Assembly (NCBI GenBank): GCA_030622115.1 | Contig: JAUXGN010000007.1 | Location: forward strand, 4,547-68,546 | Length of the DNA stretch: 64,000 nt | Direction of reading: 5' to 3' | From: Candidatus Eiseniibacteriota bacterium | GTDB lineage: Bacteria; Joyebacterota; Joyebacteria; Joyebacterales; Joyebacteraceae | Part shown: positions 9,498 to 18,823 of the stretch, in pieces | Layout of the letters: every line of letters starts with the position of its first letter | Position numbering within the stretch: position 1 is the stretch's first letter | Notes under the pieces: generated by a model | Told to the model about the DNA's origin: nothing | Database searches by the model: none | What the model saw: only the letters and a program-made list of their open reading frames with translations | Program-made: the position numbers and the translations under genes

Positions 9498-10292
9498 TCA
9501 GGCGTCCGTTCGGGTAGCCGATCGCCTGGAGAGGTAGAACATGAGTCCGGCCGACACCAGGATGACCACAAAACCGAAGAGCTGGTTCCGGGTGAGCGAG
9601 AGGATTCCATTCTGCGTCAGCATCGAGATCGACGGATAGTATCTCAGGGGGTCCACGAACAGTCTGTAGGTGGCGAGGAGGATCAGAAGAAGGGTAAGCA
9701 GGAATCCATCGAACGGTTTCTTCCGGTCAGCGATCAGGAGCACGGCCATAACTGCGAACGCGGCCAGGGACTCGTATATCTGTGTTGGATGAATCGCAAT
9801 GCCAGGGAACATGTCGCCAGCGCCTGATCCGGCAGGGAATGTCACAGCCCAGGGAAGACCGCACGCACGCCCGAAGCAGCAGCCATTCAGAAAACACCCC
9901 AATCGTCCGACTCCGATCCCGAGCGCGAGAGCCGGCGCCGCGAGATCAACTCCGAACCACGGATCTACGCCTCTTCGCTTGAAGAAGAGGAACCCGGTGA
10001 CGACTCCGACCGTGACACCACCGTAGAGCGTCAGGCCGCCGTCCCATACCTTGAAGGCGCGGGCGATGTCGGTTGCGTAGGTTCCCCAGTGCGCAACCAC
10101 ATAGGTCAACCTTGCGCCGGCGATGGACGCGAGAATCACAAAGAAGACCATGTCGATGATCATATCCGGGTCGAGTCCCTGGGCCCTGGCACGCCTGCGC
10201 GTCAGAAAGAGCCCAAGCACGAACGCAGCTGCGACCATGAGGCCGTAGCTTCTGAGAGGAAACGAGCCTATGTAGAAGAGAACAGGTTTCAC
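9498..10292 (-). CDS. lgt: Prolipoprotein diacylglyceryl transferase
   Basis: SYGLM, GARL, GGL..YGG, GRLGCFLNGCCFG, HPTQIYES. Confidence 0.92.
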   Translation of the reverse strand: MKPVLFYIGSFPLRSYGLMVAAAFVLGLFLTRRRARAQGLDPDMIIDMVFFVILASIAGARLTYVVAHWGTYATDIARAFKVWDGGLTLYGGVTVGVVTGFLFFKRRGVDPWFGVDLAAPALALGIGVGRLGCFLNGCCFGRACGLPWAVTFPAGSGAGDMFPGIAIHPTQIYESLAAFAVMAVLLIADRKKPFDGFLLTLLLILLATYRLFVDPLRYYPSISMLTQNGILSLTRNQLFGFVVILVSAGLMFYLSRRSATRTDA

Positions 10293-11522
10293 CTAGTACT
10301 CCGTTCGCCTCAGACTCATGCCGAGCACTATGCCGACCGACGCCATCGTTACAAGCAGGGATGATCCTCCGTAACTCAGGAGCGGTAGGGTCATGCCCGT
10401 GACCGGTGAGAGCCCCAGTGTGACACCGACATTGATCGCCATCTGGATGAAAAGAGCGCTTGAGACACCTACTATCACAAGTCCTGCGAAGCGATTTCTC
10501 ACGAGTCCCGCCAGCCTGAGCATCCGGACGATGATGTATAGATACAGTCCGATGACCACGAGGCACCCAAGGAAACCGAACTCCTCCGCCAGAACCGAGA
10601 ATATGAAATCGGTGTGCTGTTCCGGCAGAAAGGCGTAGTTCTTCTGCGTGCCGTGCAGGAATCCTTTCCCGAAAGCGGAACCGGAGCCGATCGCGATCTT
10701 CGATTGAATCAGCTGATATCCAGTACTGAAACGGTACTTCTCCGGATTCAGGAAAGCAAGCACTCTGTGCCGCTGGTAATCCTTGAGGTGATTCCAGAGG
10801 AAGGGGCTCATGCGTCCCATGCCGACCGTCATCACGAAGATGAGCAGCTTGTCGGAGATGAACATCCTCGAGGTGTACAGAAACCATCCCACAAGCGCGA
10901 TGAAGATGGACCAGGCGATCCAGTTGAATGCGATGACCATGCTGAGGACTGGAGCCGCCAGGAGCAGCAGGTAGATCGGTCTTACGCCTGCCCAGAAGAG
11001 CATCGGGACGATGATAAGAGCGAAGATGATCGATGTGCCGAGGTCGGGTTCTCTCAAGACCAGCGCAGTAGGCACAAGCACAATGATCAGGGGCAGAAGA
11101 AGATGCATCGGGCGACTGAGTCTTGTCTTCCGGGACGCCAGATAGCGTGCCAGGACCAGGATCACTGCGTACTTGGCCGGTTCCGACGGTTGCAGGCGTA
11201 TGAGACCCAGTTCAAGCCATCGTCTTTCTCCCATTTTGCCCACGCCGATGATGAGCACGGCTGCAAGAAGAAGAAGGGCGACCCCGTAGAAGAATGGAGC
11301 CAGTCCTTCCAGTGTGTCCTGAGAGATCAGGATCGCCAGTCCCATTACGAAGAGCCCGGCGATGGCCCACACGATCTGTCTCTTGACCAGAGCAGACAGA
11401 GCTCCCGGGCCCTCATAGGTCGCGCTGTGTATCATCAGGATGCCGATCACGGTGATCACGAGTGTGACAATGAGGATGCCGTAGTCGAAATCCCTGAGCT
11501 GCCTGCGGTTCAGAAACTGCAA
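10293..11522 (-). CDS. rodA: Rod shape-determining protein RodA (SEDS family)
   Basis: LQPSE.AK, EPDLGT, GYQLIQSKIAIGSG, LPEQHTDFIFSVLAEEFG, LPLLSYGGSS; follows mrdA. Confidence 0.95.
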   Translation of the reverse strand: MQFLNRRQLRDFDYGILIVTLVITVIGILMIHSATYEGPGALSALVKRQIVWAIAGLFVMGLAILISQDTLEGLAPFFYGVALLLLAAVLIIGVGKMGERRWLELGLIRLQPSEPAKYAVILVLARYLASRKTRLSRPMHLLLPLIIVLVPTALVLREPDLGTSIIFALIIVPMLFWAGVRPIYLLLLAAPVLSMVIAFNWIAWSIFIALVGWFLYTSRMFISDKLLIFVMTVGMGRMSPFLWNHLKDYQRHRVLAFLNPEKYRFSTGYQLIQSKIAIGSGSAFGKGFLHGTQKNYAFLPEQHTDFIFSVLAEEFGFLGCLVVIGLYLYIIVRMLRLAGLVRNRFAGLVIVGVSSALFIQMAINVGVTLGLSPVTGMTLPLLSYGGSSLLVTMASVGIVLGMSLRRTEY

Positions 11523-11526
11523 TCCG

Positions 11527-13365
11527 CTACTCCTCGTGGATTGGATGAACGTCCGTATCGGTGATCGGGATAATCTGCTTCGGGCTCTCCTCTGGTTCAG
11601 GGTCGTTCAGCCTCAGATAGCCCTTCAGAACCTCACGGGCGATCGGCGCCGCAATGGCTCCACCGCCTCCCCCGTGTTCAACGAGGACGGCCACCACGAT
11701 TTCGGGATCATTGGCCGGCGCATAGCAGACAAACCAGGCGTGGTCCTCGCCGTGCGGGTTCTGCGCCGTTCCGGTCTTCCCGCCAACTTGGATTCCAGGC
11801 ACGCGAGCCAACTTCCCCGTTCCATTCGGCGCCTCCACAACGTTGACCATGGCTTGCTGCAGGAAGGACAGCGTGGAGTGGCTGAAGGGAAGCTCGTACG
11901 AGACTGATTCCTTCACGGTCCCGATCACGCGCCCGGAGTAGGTCTCAATCCGCTTGAGGACGTGGGGAGCGTAGACGGGGCCGTCGTTGACAATCCCACA
12001 GACCAGGCACGCCATCTGCAATGGTGTTACCAGAAGTTCCCCCTGACCTATGGCCAGATTCAGAACCACTCCCCTGCTCCATTTTCTCTTGCCGTATGTG
12101 CGATCGAACCAGGCCGGCGTCGGGAGATTCCCGCGTGCTTCACCCGCGATATCGATACCGGTCCTGTGTCCGATCCCCGACCTGCCGGACCAGTCCATGA
12201 GTTCGGCCACGCCAAGGCGCACGCCGAGCTGGTAGAAGAAGACGTCACACGACTCGACGACGCCCTTCATGATGTTGACAACACCGTGTCCCTCACGCTT
12301 CCAGCAGCGAAATGTCCGGATCCCGTACTTGAATGCGCCGACGCAGGTCACGGTCTCGCTCCTGCCGATGGTTCGGCTCTCGAGTCCGGCTGCAGCCGTG
12401 ATGAGTTTGAACGGGCTGCCGGGTGGGTACGTCGCCTGGATCGCTCGATTCAAGAGAGGGTGAAAGGGGGACTCGGAGAGCGTGGCCCACTCTTCATTCG
12501 ATATTCCATCAACGAAATCGTTAGGATCCGGAGCGGGCAGGGATGCAAGCACGAGTATTTCTCCGCTCCGGGGAGCAATGGCTACGATCGCCCCGGCATC
12601 GTGTCGTGACAGCGCTTCCTCAGCGGCGATCTGCGCCGGAGCATCCAGGCTGAGCACCAGGTTGCGTCCGGGTCTCGCTTCGCGTGAAGGACCGTCCTCA
12701 AAGGGATACAGCTCGCGTCCGAGGGCGTCGCAAACCCAGTACTCGGCTCCATCACGACCTCGGAGCATGACTTCATAGCGGTCCTCGACTCCCGTTTTGC
12801 CGACCACGTTCCCTGAACGGTAGCCGAGCGATGCCATGCCGGTGAGTTCGTCATCGGATATCTCGGCCACATAGCCGATGCTGTGGGTGGCAAGAGATCC
12901 CATCGGATAGCGGCGAACCGCCGTCACCTCGACCTTCACTCCCGGAAGTTCTGAGCGGCGTTCCTCGACCCGCGAGACCTGCTCAAGGTCGGCATCATTG
13001 ATGAGGACGACATTGCCGTAGAAGCGCCCCGCGGCTTCCTCGAGTTTCTGAGCAACGAAGTCGGTGTCCAGATCGAGCAGCTCGCTCAGTCTGTATGTGA
13101 GAGCTGCGTCGTTTCGCCGCTTCATCCGTGTGATAGTTATGGATAGAGAGGTCCGATTGTCCGCCAGGATCTCGCCGTTGCGGTCGAGCATGAGACCCCG
13201 GGGCGCGGGCATGAGGAAACCCTGGACGTAGTTGTTCTCCGATAGATCGCGATAGAACTGGCCTCGAGCGAGCTGTAGCCAGCCGAGTCTCGATACCATG
13301 ATAAGGCAGACGGTCACAGCTACGAGACTGAGGATTCGAGAGCGCTGTTTGGAAACCCCGTGCAT
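11527..13365 (-). CDS. mrdA: Penicillin-binding protein 2
   Basis: APRGLMLDRNG, YPPGSPFK (SxxK), SCD, GKTGTAQ; position within the mre operon. Confidence 0.95.
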   Translation of the reverse strand: MHGVSKQRSRILSLVAVTVCLIMVSRLGWLQLARGQFYRDLSENNYVQGFLMPAPRGLMLDRNGEILADNRTSLSITITRMKRRNDAALTYRLSELLDLDTDFVAQKLEEAAGRFYGNVVLINDADLEQVSRVEERRSELPGVKVEVTAVRRYPMGSLATHSIGYVAEISDDELTGMASLGYRSGNVVGKTGVEDRYEVMLRGRDGAEYWVCDALGRELYPFEDGPSREARPGRNLVLSLDAPAQIAAEEALSRHDAGAIVAIAPRSGEILVLASLPAPDPNDFVDGISNEEWATLSESPFHPLLNRAIQATYPPGSPFKLITAAAGLESRTIGRSETVTCVGAFKYGIRTFRCWKREGHGVVNIMKGVVESCDVFFYQLGVRLGVAELMDWSGRSGIGHRTGIDIAGEARGNLPTPAWFDRTYGKRKWSRGVVLNLAIGQGELLVTPLQMACLVCGIVNDGPVYAPHVLKRIETYSGRVIGTVKESVSYELPFSHSTLSFLQQAMVNVVEAPNGTGKLARVPGIQVGGKTGTAQNPHGEDHAWFVCYAPANDPEIVVAVLVEHGGGGGAIAAPIAREVLKGYLRLNDPEPEESPKQIIPITDTDVHPIHEE

Positions 13366-13375
13366 GTCGGGGGCG

Positions 13376-13873
13376 TTACCTGCGAAGCGCACCGGTGATA
13401 GCTCTCCAGTTTGCGAGCCGGGCCATGACGTGGATGAGAAGACCGACGGCAACCGTATAGCCGGCTCCGATGAGACTGTATCGAACGAATACGTGACCGA
13501 AGATGTCGAGACTGTCCCTGTAGTAGGCGGCGTAGAAGATGACGTCGCGCAGCAGGGTCCCGCCGAAGATCACCGAGCACTGCACAAGAATGTTAGACTT
13601 GACGAGCCGGTCGAGCAATGACGCGGATACGAAGGCAGTGATGGAGAGAGCCAGCGCGTTCAGGCCGAAGTACTCTGGGAGTTCCGAGTCCACGGTCAGG
13701 CCCATCAGAAACCCGGCGATGATGGGGATTCTGACACCGGCGCCGAGTCCACCGTAGACAATGGCCAGAATGAGGAAATCCGGCCTTGCTCCAAGGATCT
13801 CGATCTCCGGAGCCAGAGCCGTATCGAGAATCAGAGCGCCTATGCAGACGACCACGAAAGCCCGGATTCTCAC
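13376..13873 (-). CDS. mreD: Rod shape-determining protein MreD
   Basis: Hydrophobic 165 aa with a PDFLIL motif, between mreC and mrdA. Confidence 0.88.
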   Translation of the reverse strand: MRIRAFVVVCIGALILDTALAPEIEILGARPDFLILAIVYGGLGAGVRIPIIAGFLMGLTVDSELPEYFGLNALALSITAFVSASLLDRLVKSNILVQCSVIFGGTLLRDVIFYAAYYRDSLDIFGHVFVRYSLIGAGYTVAVGLLIHVMARLANWRAITGALRR

Positions 13874-14802
13874 GGAGCGCCCCCTTCTGTCGTGGCAGAA
13901 GGGGCGACTTCTGTTGTAGCAGAAGGGGCGGCCTCTGTGGCAAGCTCGCTCAAGAGCGTTTGCATCATTGCGTCCCGTTCCGGCGACGGAGCAGCCAGGC
14001 CCTTGAGAACGAACACCTGCTCTATCGTCGATAGATCGACTGCGATATCGACATGGACAGTCATCGTAAGAGGGCCTTCATCGACCGAAGAGACATCTCC
14101 TACGACGAGACCCGCCGGATACACTCCTCCAAGACCTGACGTGATGACGCGGTCGTGAACGCGTATATCCGATCTCGCGGGCACGTAGTCCATCTGCCAG
14201 TCGAGAAGCTCGGAGGCCCCTCCATACCTTGGACGGACGACGCCTCTTACCCTGCTGCGCTCGATGGTCACGGCCACAGCAGATGAAGCGCTTGTGAGAG
14301 GCTCGATCAGCGACCTTGCCCTCACAGAACTCGAGATCTTGCCGACCAGACCGTCGGGCACCACTACCGGCATTCCTGCCTGCACTCCACTCGCCGCGCC
14401 CGCGTTGATCTCGATACCCTCGATAATCCTACCGCCCGGCATTCCGATGACAGTGGCTGGGAGCAGATCGAATCGCTCCTCCGCTGCAAAGCCAACCATG
14501 AAGTGCGTCAGCTCGCGCAAACGCTCGTTCTCGTGTCCCTGCGAGACAAGAGCAGCTCTTTCCTCCACGAGTTCCATCGCGAGCCTGCGCAGGCGTTCGT
14601 TCTCCTCACGAAGGCGCGTCAGTCCGTCAGCGGCCGTCGCCAGCCGCTTGAGCGGTCTGAGTACTGGAGTCGACACGATGGTAGAGACAACGACCTTCAC
14701 CCCAGTCGGGAGCGAGAGGGCAATCGCCGAGAGGAGCACGCAGATGACCAGTGTAGCCAGATCCCGGTTCCCGCGAAGGAGCCGGGTCAGCGGGGATAGC
14801 AT
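13870..14802 (-). CDS. mreC: Rod shape-determining protein MreC
   Basis: TM, coiled coil (ENERLR twice), GLVGKI, VITSGLGGVYPAGL.VG. Confidence 0.93.
   Translation of the reverse strand: MLSPLTRLLRGNRDLATLVICVLLSAIALSLPTGVKVVVSTIVSTPVLRPLKRLATAADGLTRLREENERLRRLAMELVEERAALVSQGHENERLRELTHFMVGFAAEERFDLLPATVIGMPGGRIIEGIEINAGAASGVQAGMPVVVPDGLVGKISSSVRARSLIEPLTSASSAVAVTIERSRVRGVVRPRYGGASELLDWQMDYVPARSDIRVHDRVITSGLGGVYPAGLVVGDVSSVDEGPLTMTVHVDIAVDLSTIEQVFVLKGLAAPSPERDAMMQTLLSELATEAAPSATTEVAPSATTEGGAP
13879..13941 (-). repeat. Degenerate 24-bp tandem repeat in the mreC C-terminus
   Basis: Encodes ATEAAPSA-TTEVAPSA-TTEGG; GCAGAAGGGGCG recurs 24 bp apart. Confidence 0.7.
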
Positions 14803-14812
14803 CGGAGTCTTC

Positions 14813-15847
14813 CTACCTCTTCGCTGATGTCATGAGGACCGGTTCGTAGTGCGAGAGATTCTCGAGGATCTTGCCGGTCCCGAGCACCACGCACGTCAGC
14901 GGGTTCTCGACGACATTGATGGGAAGCTTGGTCTCCTCGCGAAGCAGAACGTCCAGCCCCCGAAGGAGCGATCCGCCGCCCGTCATGACAATGCCTCGAT
15001 CAACAAGGTCCGCGGCTAGCTCGGGAGGGGTCTCTTCAAGGGATAGCTTCAGTCCCTCGACTATTGCAGAGATGGGTTCCTGGAGAGCTTCGCGGATCTC
15101 CTCCGATGTGATCTTGAGCGTGCGCGGAACACCACCGACAAGATCTCTCCCCCTGACATTCGCCTCCATCTCCTCGTCGAGCGGATAGGCTGAACCGATA
15201 TCGATCTTGATCTGCTCTGCGGTTTGCTCACCGATCAAGAGATTGTAGCTCCTGCGGAGGTGGTTCATTATCGCCTCATCCATCTCGTCACCGCCGACGC
15301 GAACTGACGTGTGGTTGACGATACCGGAGAGAGCGATCACCGCGATCTCTGTCGTTCCACCGCCAATGTCGACAACCATGTTGCCGGAAGGCTTGTCCAC
15401 CGGAAGCCCCACTCCGATCGCAGCGGCAACTGGTTCAGCAACCAGGAAGACTTCTCTGGCGCCGGCATGCTCGGCTGAATCCTGAACCGCCCGCCGCTCC
15501 ACCTCCGTTATGCCCGAAGGCACGCAGATGACCATCCGAGGACGGACCAGCAGACGCCGTCTCTGAACCGAGAGGATCAACTCCCGCAGAAGGTCCTCAG
15601 TACCCTCGAAGTCGGCGATGACGCCGTCCTTCAGCGGCCTCAAGGCCTTGATGGTGTCCGGAGTCCGTCCCAGCATCTCCTTGGCCCTGGCGCCTACGGC
15701 AATCACCTTACCGGTCGCCGTCTCGATGGCGATCACGGAGGGTTCGTTGAGCACGACCCCTCTGCCCTTCACATAGATCAGAGTGTTCGCTGTGCCAAGA
15801 TCGATTGCCACGTCGTTGACGAGACCGAGGAGTGCGTCCAGAAACAT
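14813..15847 (-). CDS. mreB: Actin-like protein MreB
   Basis: [36 protein letters not shown]. Confidence 0.98.
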   Translation of the reverse strand: MFLDALLGLVNDVAIDLGTANTLIYVKGRGVVLNEPSVIAIETATGKVIAVGARAKEMLGRTPDTIKALRPLKDGVIADFEGTEDLLRELILSVQRRRLLVRPRMVICVPSGITEVERRAVQDSAEHAGAREVFLVAEPVAAAIGVGLPVDKPSGNMVVDIGGGTTEIAVIALSGIVNHTSVRVGGDEMDEAIMNHLRRSYNLLIGEQTAEQIKIDIGSAYPLDEEMEANVRGRDLVGGVPRTLKITSEEIREALQEPISAIVEGLKLSLEETPPELAADLVDRGIVMTGGGSLLRGLDVLLREETKLPINVVENPLTCVVLGTGKILENLSHYEPVLMTSAKR

Positions 15848-15889
15848 TGTGTGCTCTTCCGTTTCTCTTTGAGAACGACAAGCGCCATC

Positions 15890-16558
15890 TCAGAGGTGCC
15901 CGAGTTCCTTGAGACTCACGTAGCCCTGACTTCCAAGTATCACGTGGTCCAGAACCTCGATCCCCAGGATTTTACCAGCCTCCGCAAGACGCTCTGTCAC
16001 CATGAGGTCTTCAGGGCTCGGGTCCGGGATTCCGGACGGGTGGTTATGGACCAGAACTATCGCTTGCGCGCTCTCGGCAACAGCCGTCTTGAAAACCTCG
16101 CGCGCGTGCACCACCGACGAATTCAAACTACCGATCGAGATGGTTCTAATTCCGATGATCCTGTTCTTGGTGTTCAGGAGTATCGCCCGAAAATGTTCTC
16201 TGTCGAGTCGGGACATCTCCTCAGTCAGGAGTTCGGCGACATCCTCAGGTCCGCACAGGTGCAGCCTTGGTGCGCGCGACTCATGAACCTGCAATCGTTT
16301 GCCTATCTCCCGCGCGGCGCGCAGCCGAGCGGCTACACGTGTTCCCACCCCGATCACTGTTGCCAGCTTCCACGGCTGCTCAGACAGGACTTCGGCAAGC
16401 GAACCGAATCTCTCAAGGAGCGCTGTGGACACTTCACCGGCTGAGAAAGGACCGGTGCCGCCCGAAACAAGCATGCGGAGTAGCTCCGCGTCAGTCGGTT
16501 CGACCGGTGGAAGCTCTCCACGCACCAGGTTCCCACATGCACCCACCGCCACCTCCAC
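15890..16558 (-). CDS. radC: RadC/JAB domain protein
   Basis: DREHF, VHAREVFK, VHNHPSG.P.PS.ED, LDHVILG; upstream of mreB. Confidence 0.92.
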   Translation of the reverse strand: MEVAVGACGNLVRGELPPVEPTDAELLRMLVSGGTGPFSAGEVSTALLERFGSLAEVLSEQPWKLATVIGVGTRVAARLRAAREIGKRLQVHESRAPRLHLCGPEDVAELLTEEMSRLDREHFRAILLNTKNRIIGIRTISIGSLNSSVVHAREVFKTAVAESAQAIVLVHNHPSGIPDPSPEDLMVTERLAEAGKILGIEVLDHVILGSQGYVSLKELGHL

Positions 16559-16665
16559 CCAAACTCCCGGTTACGCTAGCACGGCGCAGCGTCTGTCTTC
16601 AAGCGGATTCTCGATGCGCTCTGCCTGCGTGTCGATTCTCCCGGAGGCTGCTCCTCGGACGTCCA

Positions 16666-17988
16666 TCAGGCAATGAGGTCGCCTGTGAGATCGAACCCGC
16701 TGCCGCCGGTGACTGTGATATCCACGAAATCTCCAGGCTTCGGCGGAGCGGCTCCCGGATGGAGCGGGATCTGCACTACCCCATCCATCTCCCATGCCTG
16801 CCCGGAAGTTCTCGCCGTGACGGTCTCGGCCACGGAGTCCACGAGTACGCGCATGTGAACACCGGTGAGACTCCCGGCACGCTCGAGGGCCAACTCCTTC
16901 ATCGCAGATACGATGACACGTGCACGCGCCGAACTCGTCTCGGGTGGCACCTGATCGTCAAGAGTTGCGGCTCTGGTGCCCGACTCCGGTGAGTACTCGA
17001 AGATCCCCAAGTGGTCGATCGTGCCTTCGCAAATGAACGACCGGAGTTCTTCGAAGTCCTTCTCAGTCTCTCCGGGGAATCCGACTATCACTGAACTTCG
17101 TATTGTCACCCCCGGAATCACTGATCGGATCCGCTCGATCAGTCTCAGGATCTCACCTCCGCTTGTTCTGCGTCGCATGCGCTCAAGAACCGCGTCAGAG
17201 ATGTGCTGAACGGGCAGATCGATGTAAGGAACGATTGCCGGGATCGAACCCATCACGTCTATGAGTTCCTCGGTGACGCGCGCCGGGTGTGTGTAGAGAA
17301 GCCTGACCCAGGGCAGCCTCGTTTCTCCGAGTGCAACAAGGAGTTTCGCCAGCATTCCTTTCGATGCAATGTCCGTGCCGTACGCTGTCGTGTCCTGTGC
17401 TATCAGATTCACCTCGACAACGCCGGAAGCCTCAAGTTCCTCAGCTTCGGTGATTATTGAGTCGAAAGCTCGGCTGCGCAACGAACCTCTGAGGGTCGGG
17501 ATAGTGCAGTAGCTGCATATATTGTCGCAGCCCTCGGCGATTTTCACATAGGCGATGTGCGACGGTGTTCCCAGAATCCGCGGGGAGGTGTGATCGTAGA
17601 TGGCGACGGGAGGACCCAGGAGCAACACGCGTTCGCCGGCCCAGACTCGCTCCACGGCGTCGACTATGGATTCGAAGTGCGAGCACCCGACAACACCGTC
17701 TACACCAGACAGAGAATCGAAAAGCTGGTCGCCATAGCGTTGGGAGAGGCATCCTGCAACTACGACACGCGCAAGTCGTCCAGCAGCCTTCAATTCCAGA
17801 CAGCGCCTGACGACATCCGACGATTCCTGAACAGCCGCGGCTATAAAGGAGCACGTGTTAACCACGGCGACATCAGCTCCATCAGGCTCACTCACAAGCC
17901 TGTGCCCGGCTCTGTCCAGAAGACCGAGCATGACTTCCGCGTCGACCAGGTTCTTCGGACACCCGAGGGTTATGAATGCGATGTTCAA
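16666..17988 (-). CDS. rimO: Ribosomal protein S12 methylthiotransferase RimO
   Basis: LGCPKNLVDAE, NTCSFI, KIAEGCDNICSYC radical-SAM motif, VGFPGETE, TRAM-like C-terminus. Confidence 0.93.
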   Translation of the reverse strand: MNIAFITLGCPKNLVDAEVMLGLLDRAGHRLVSEPDGADVAVVNTCSFIAAAVQESSDVVRRCLELKAAGRLARVVVAGCLSQRYGDQLFDSLSGVDGVVGCSHFESIVDAVERVWAGERVLLLGPPVAIYDHTSPRILGTPSHIAYVKIAEGCDNICSYCTIPTLRGSLRSRAFDSIITEAEELEASGVVEVNLIAQDTTAYGTDIASKGMLAKLLVALGETRLPWVRLLYTHPARVTEELIDVMGSIPAIVPYIDLPVQHISDAVLERMRRRTSGGEILRLIERIRSVIPGVTIRSSVIVGFPGETEKDFEELRSFICEGTIDHLGIFEYSPESGTRAATLDDQVPPETSSARARVIVSAMKELALERAGSLTGVHMRVLVDSVAETVTARTSGQAWEMDGVVQIPLHPGAAPPKPGDFVDITVTGGSGFDLTGDLIA

Positions 17989-18061
17989 GACTGATTCACG
18001 GGAATATGATCCTCGTTGCTCTCGCCCGTGCGCCGCTGGACGCCACGCTACGGAGAGGGGC

Positions 18062-18823
18062 TCAGCGAAGCTGATCGATATCGTACGGTGAGCGTGTCAG
18101 AAGCTGGGTGTCCTCTGGGCGAACGAGCACGAACTCGTCAGCTGCCACGGGCGCTTCGAAGATCGTTGATTTCAGGATGTATGAAGACCGATCACCGGCG
18201 GTCGAGTAGGCCGTGAGTCCGACGACGATCCAGGCGGTCGTGTCGATGTTGACGTCGATTCTGGTCGGTTCGGCGAATCTCTCTCTCGGACGGAGTGCGA
18301 TCGTTACCACGTCTCGCTCTCCGCTCTTCTTGACAATAGGTATGCGCGGATCTGGTTCGTAGGCTCTCAGGATCGCCGCAGGATCAAGCACGACTCCAGT
18401 GGGACCGATGCGTGATACGAAGAACTGCCCTGTGGCCGGCACGTAGACGCGGAGGCTCTCTCCATTCGAGACGATCCTGCCTCCGTCGTCGTACGAGACA
18501 GACAGAGATGACGGTTTCACAAGAACGAGTCTTGCCGACGAGAGCGAGACCGTGTCGGCCAGGGCCCAGTAGCTCTCCTGAGCGAATTCTATCGTGTAGC
18601 TATCGGCTGCTGCGTATCTCTCCAGAACCTGTTCCACTATTGCTCGTATCACTGCAGATTCTGCGGACTCGTTCTGCTCGCGAGAGACCTGAGCCTCATC
18701 CGCCAGGGCCGGAAGGGCAGACAGGGCCGTGGCGGCCGCTGTAGTGACGGCGAGAAGGAGAGCAGCGCACAGGACTGGGCGCCGGAGCACAGAATAGCCA
18801 ATCGGCGAGGCGCTAGAGCTCAT
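18062..18823 (-). CDS. lolA: LolA-like outer-membrane lipoprotein carrier
   Basis: Signal peptide, F.Q...KP...IVSNGESL.VY pattern; ftsK-lolA synteny; ATG overlaps the ftsK end. Confidence 0.7.
   Translation of the reverse strand: MSSSASPIGYSVLRRPVLCAALLLAVTTAAATALSALPALADEAQVSREQNESAESAVIRAIVEQVLERYAAADSYTIEFAQESYWALADTVSLSSARLVLVKPSSLSVSYDDGGRIVSNGESLRVYVPATGQFFVSRIGPTGVVLDPAAILRAYEPDPRIPIVKKSGERDVVTIALRPRERFAEPTRIDVNIDTTAWIVVGLTAYSTAGDRSSYILKSTIFEAPVAADEFVLVRPEDTQLLTRSPYDIDQLR

Noticed and set aside
13879-13941. mreC repeat as a functional element or CRISPR remnant
   Set aside because: Only about 2.5 degenerate in-frame copies without spacers, in a low-complexity tail.
15890-16558. radC as a marker of a mobile or anti-defence element
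   Set aside because: A long form in the usual chromosomal radC-mreBCD context.
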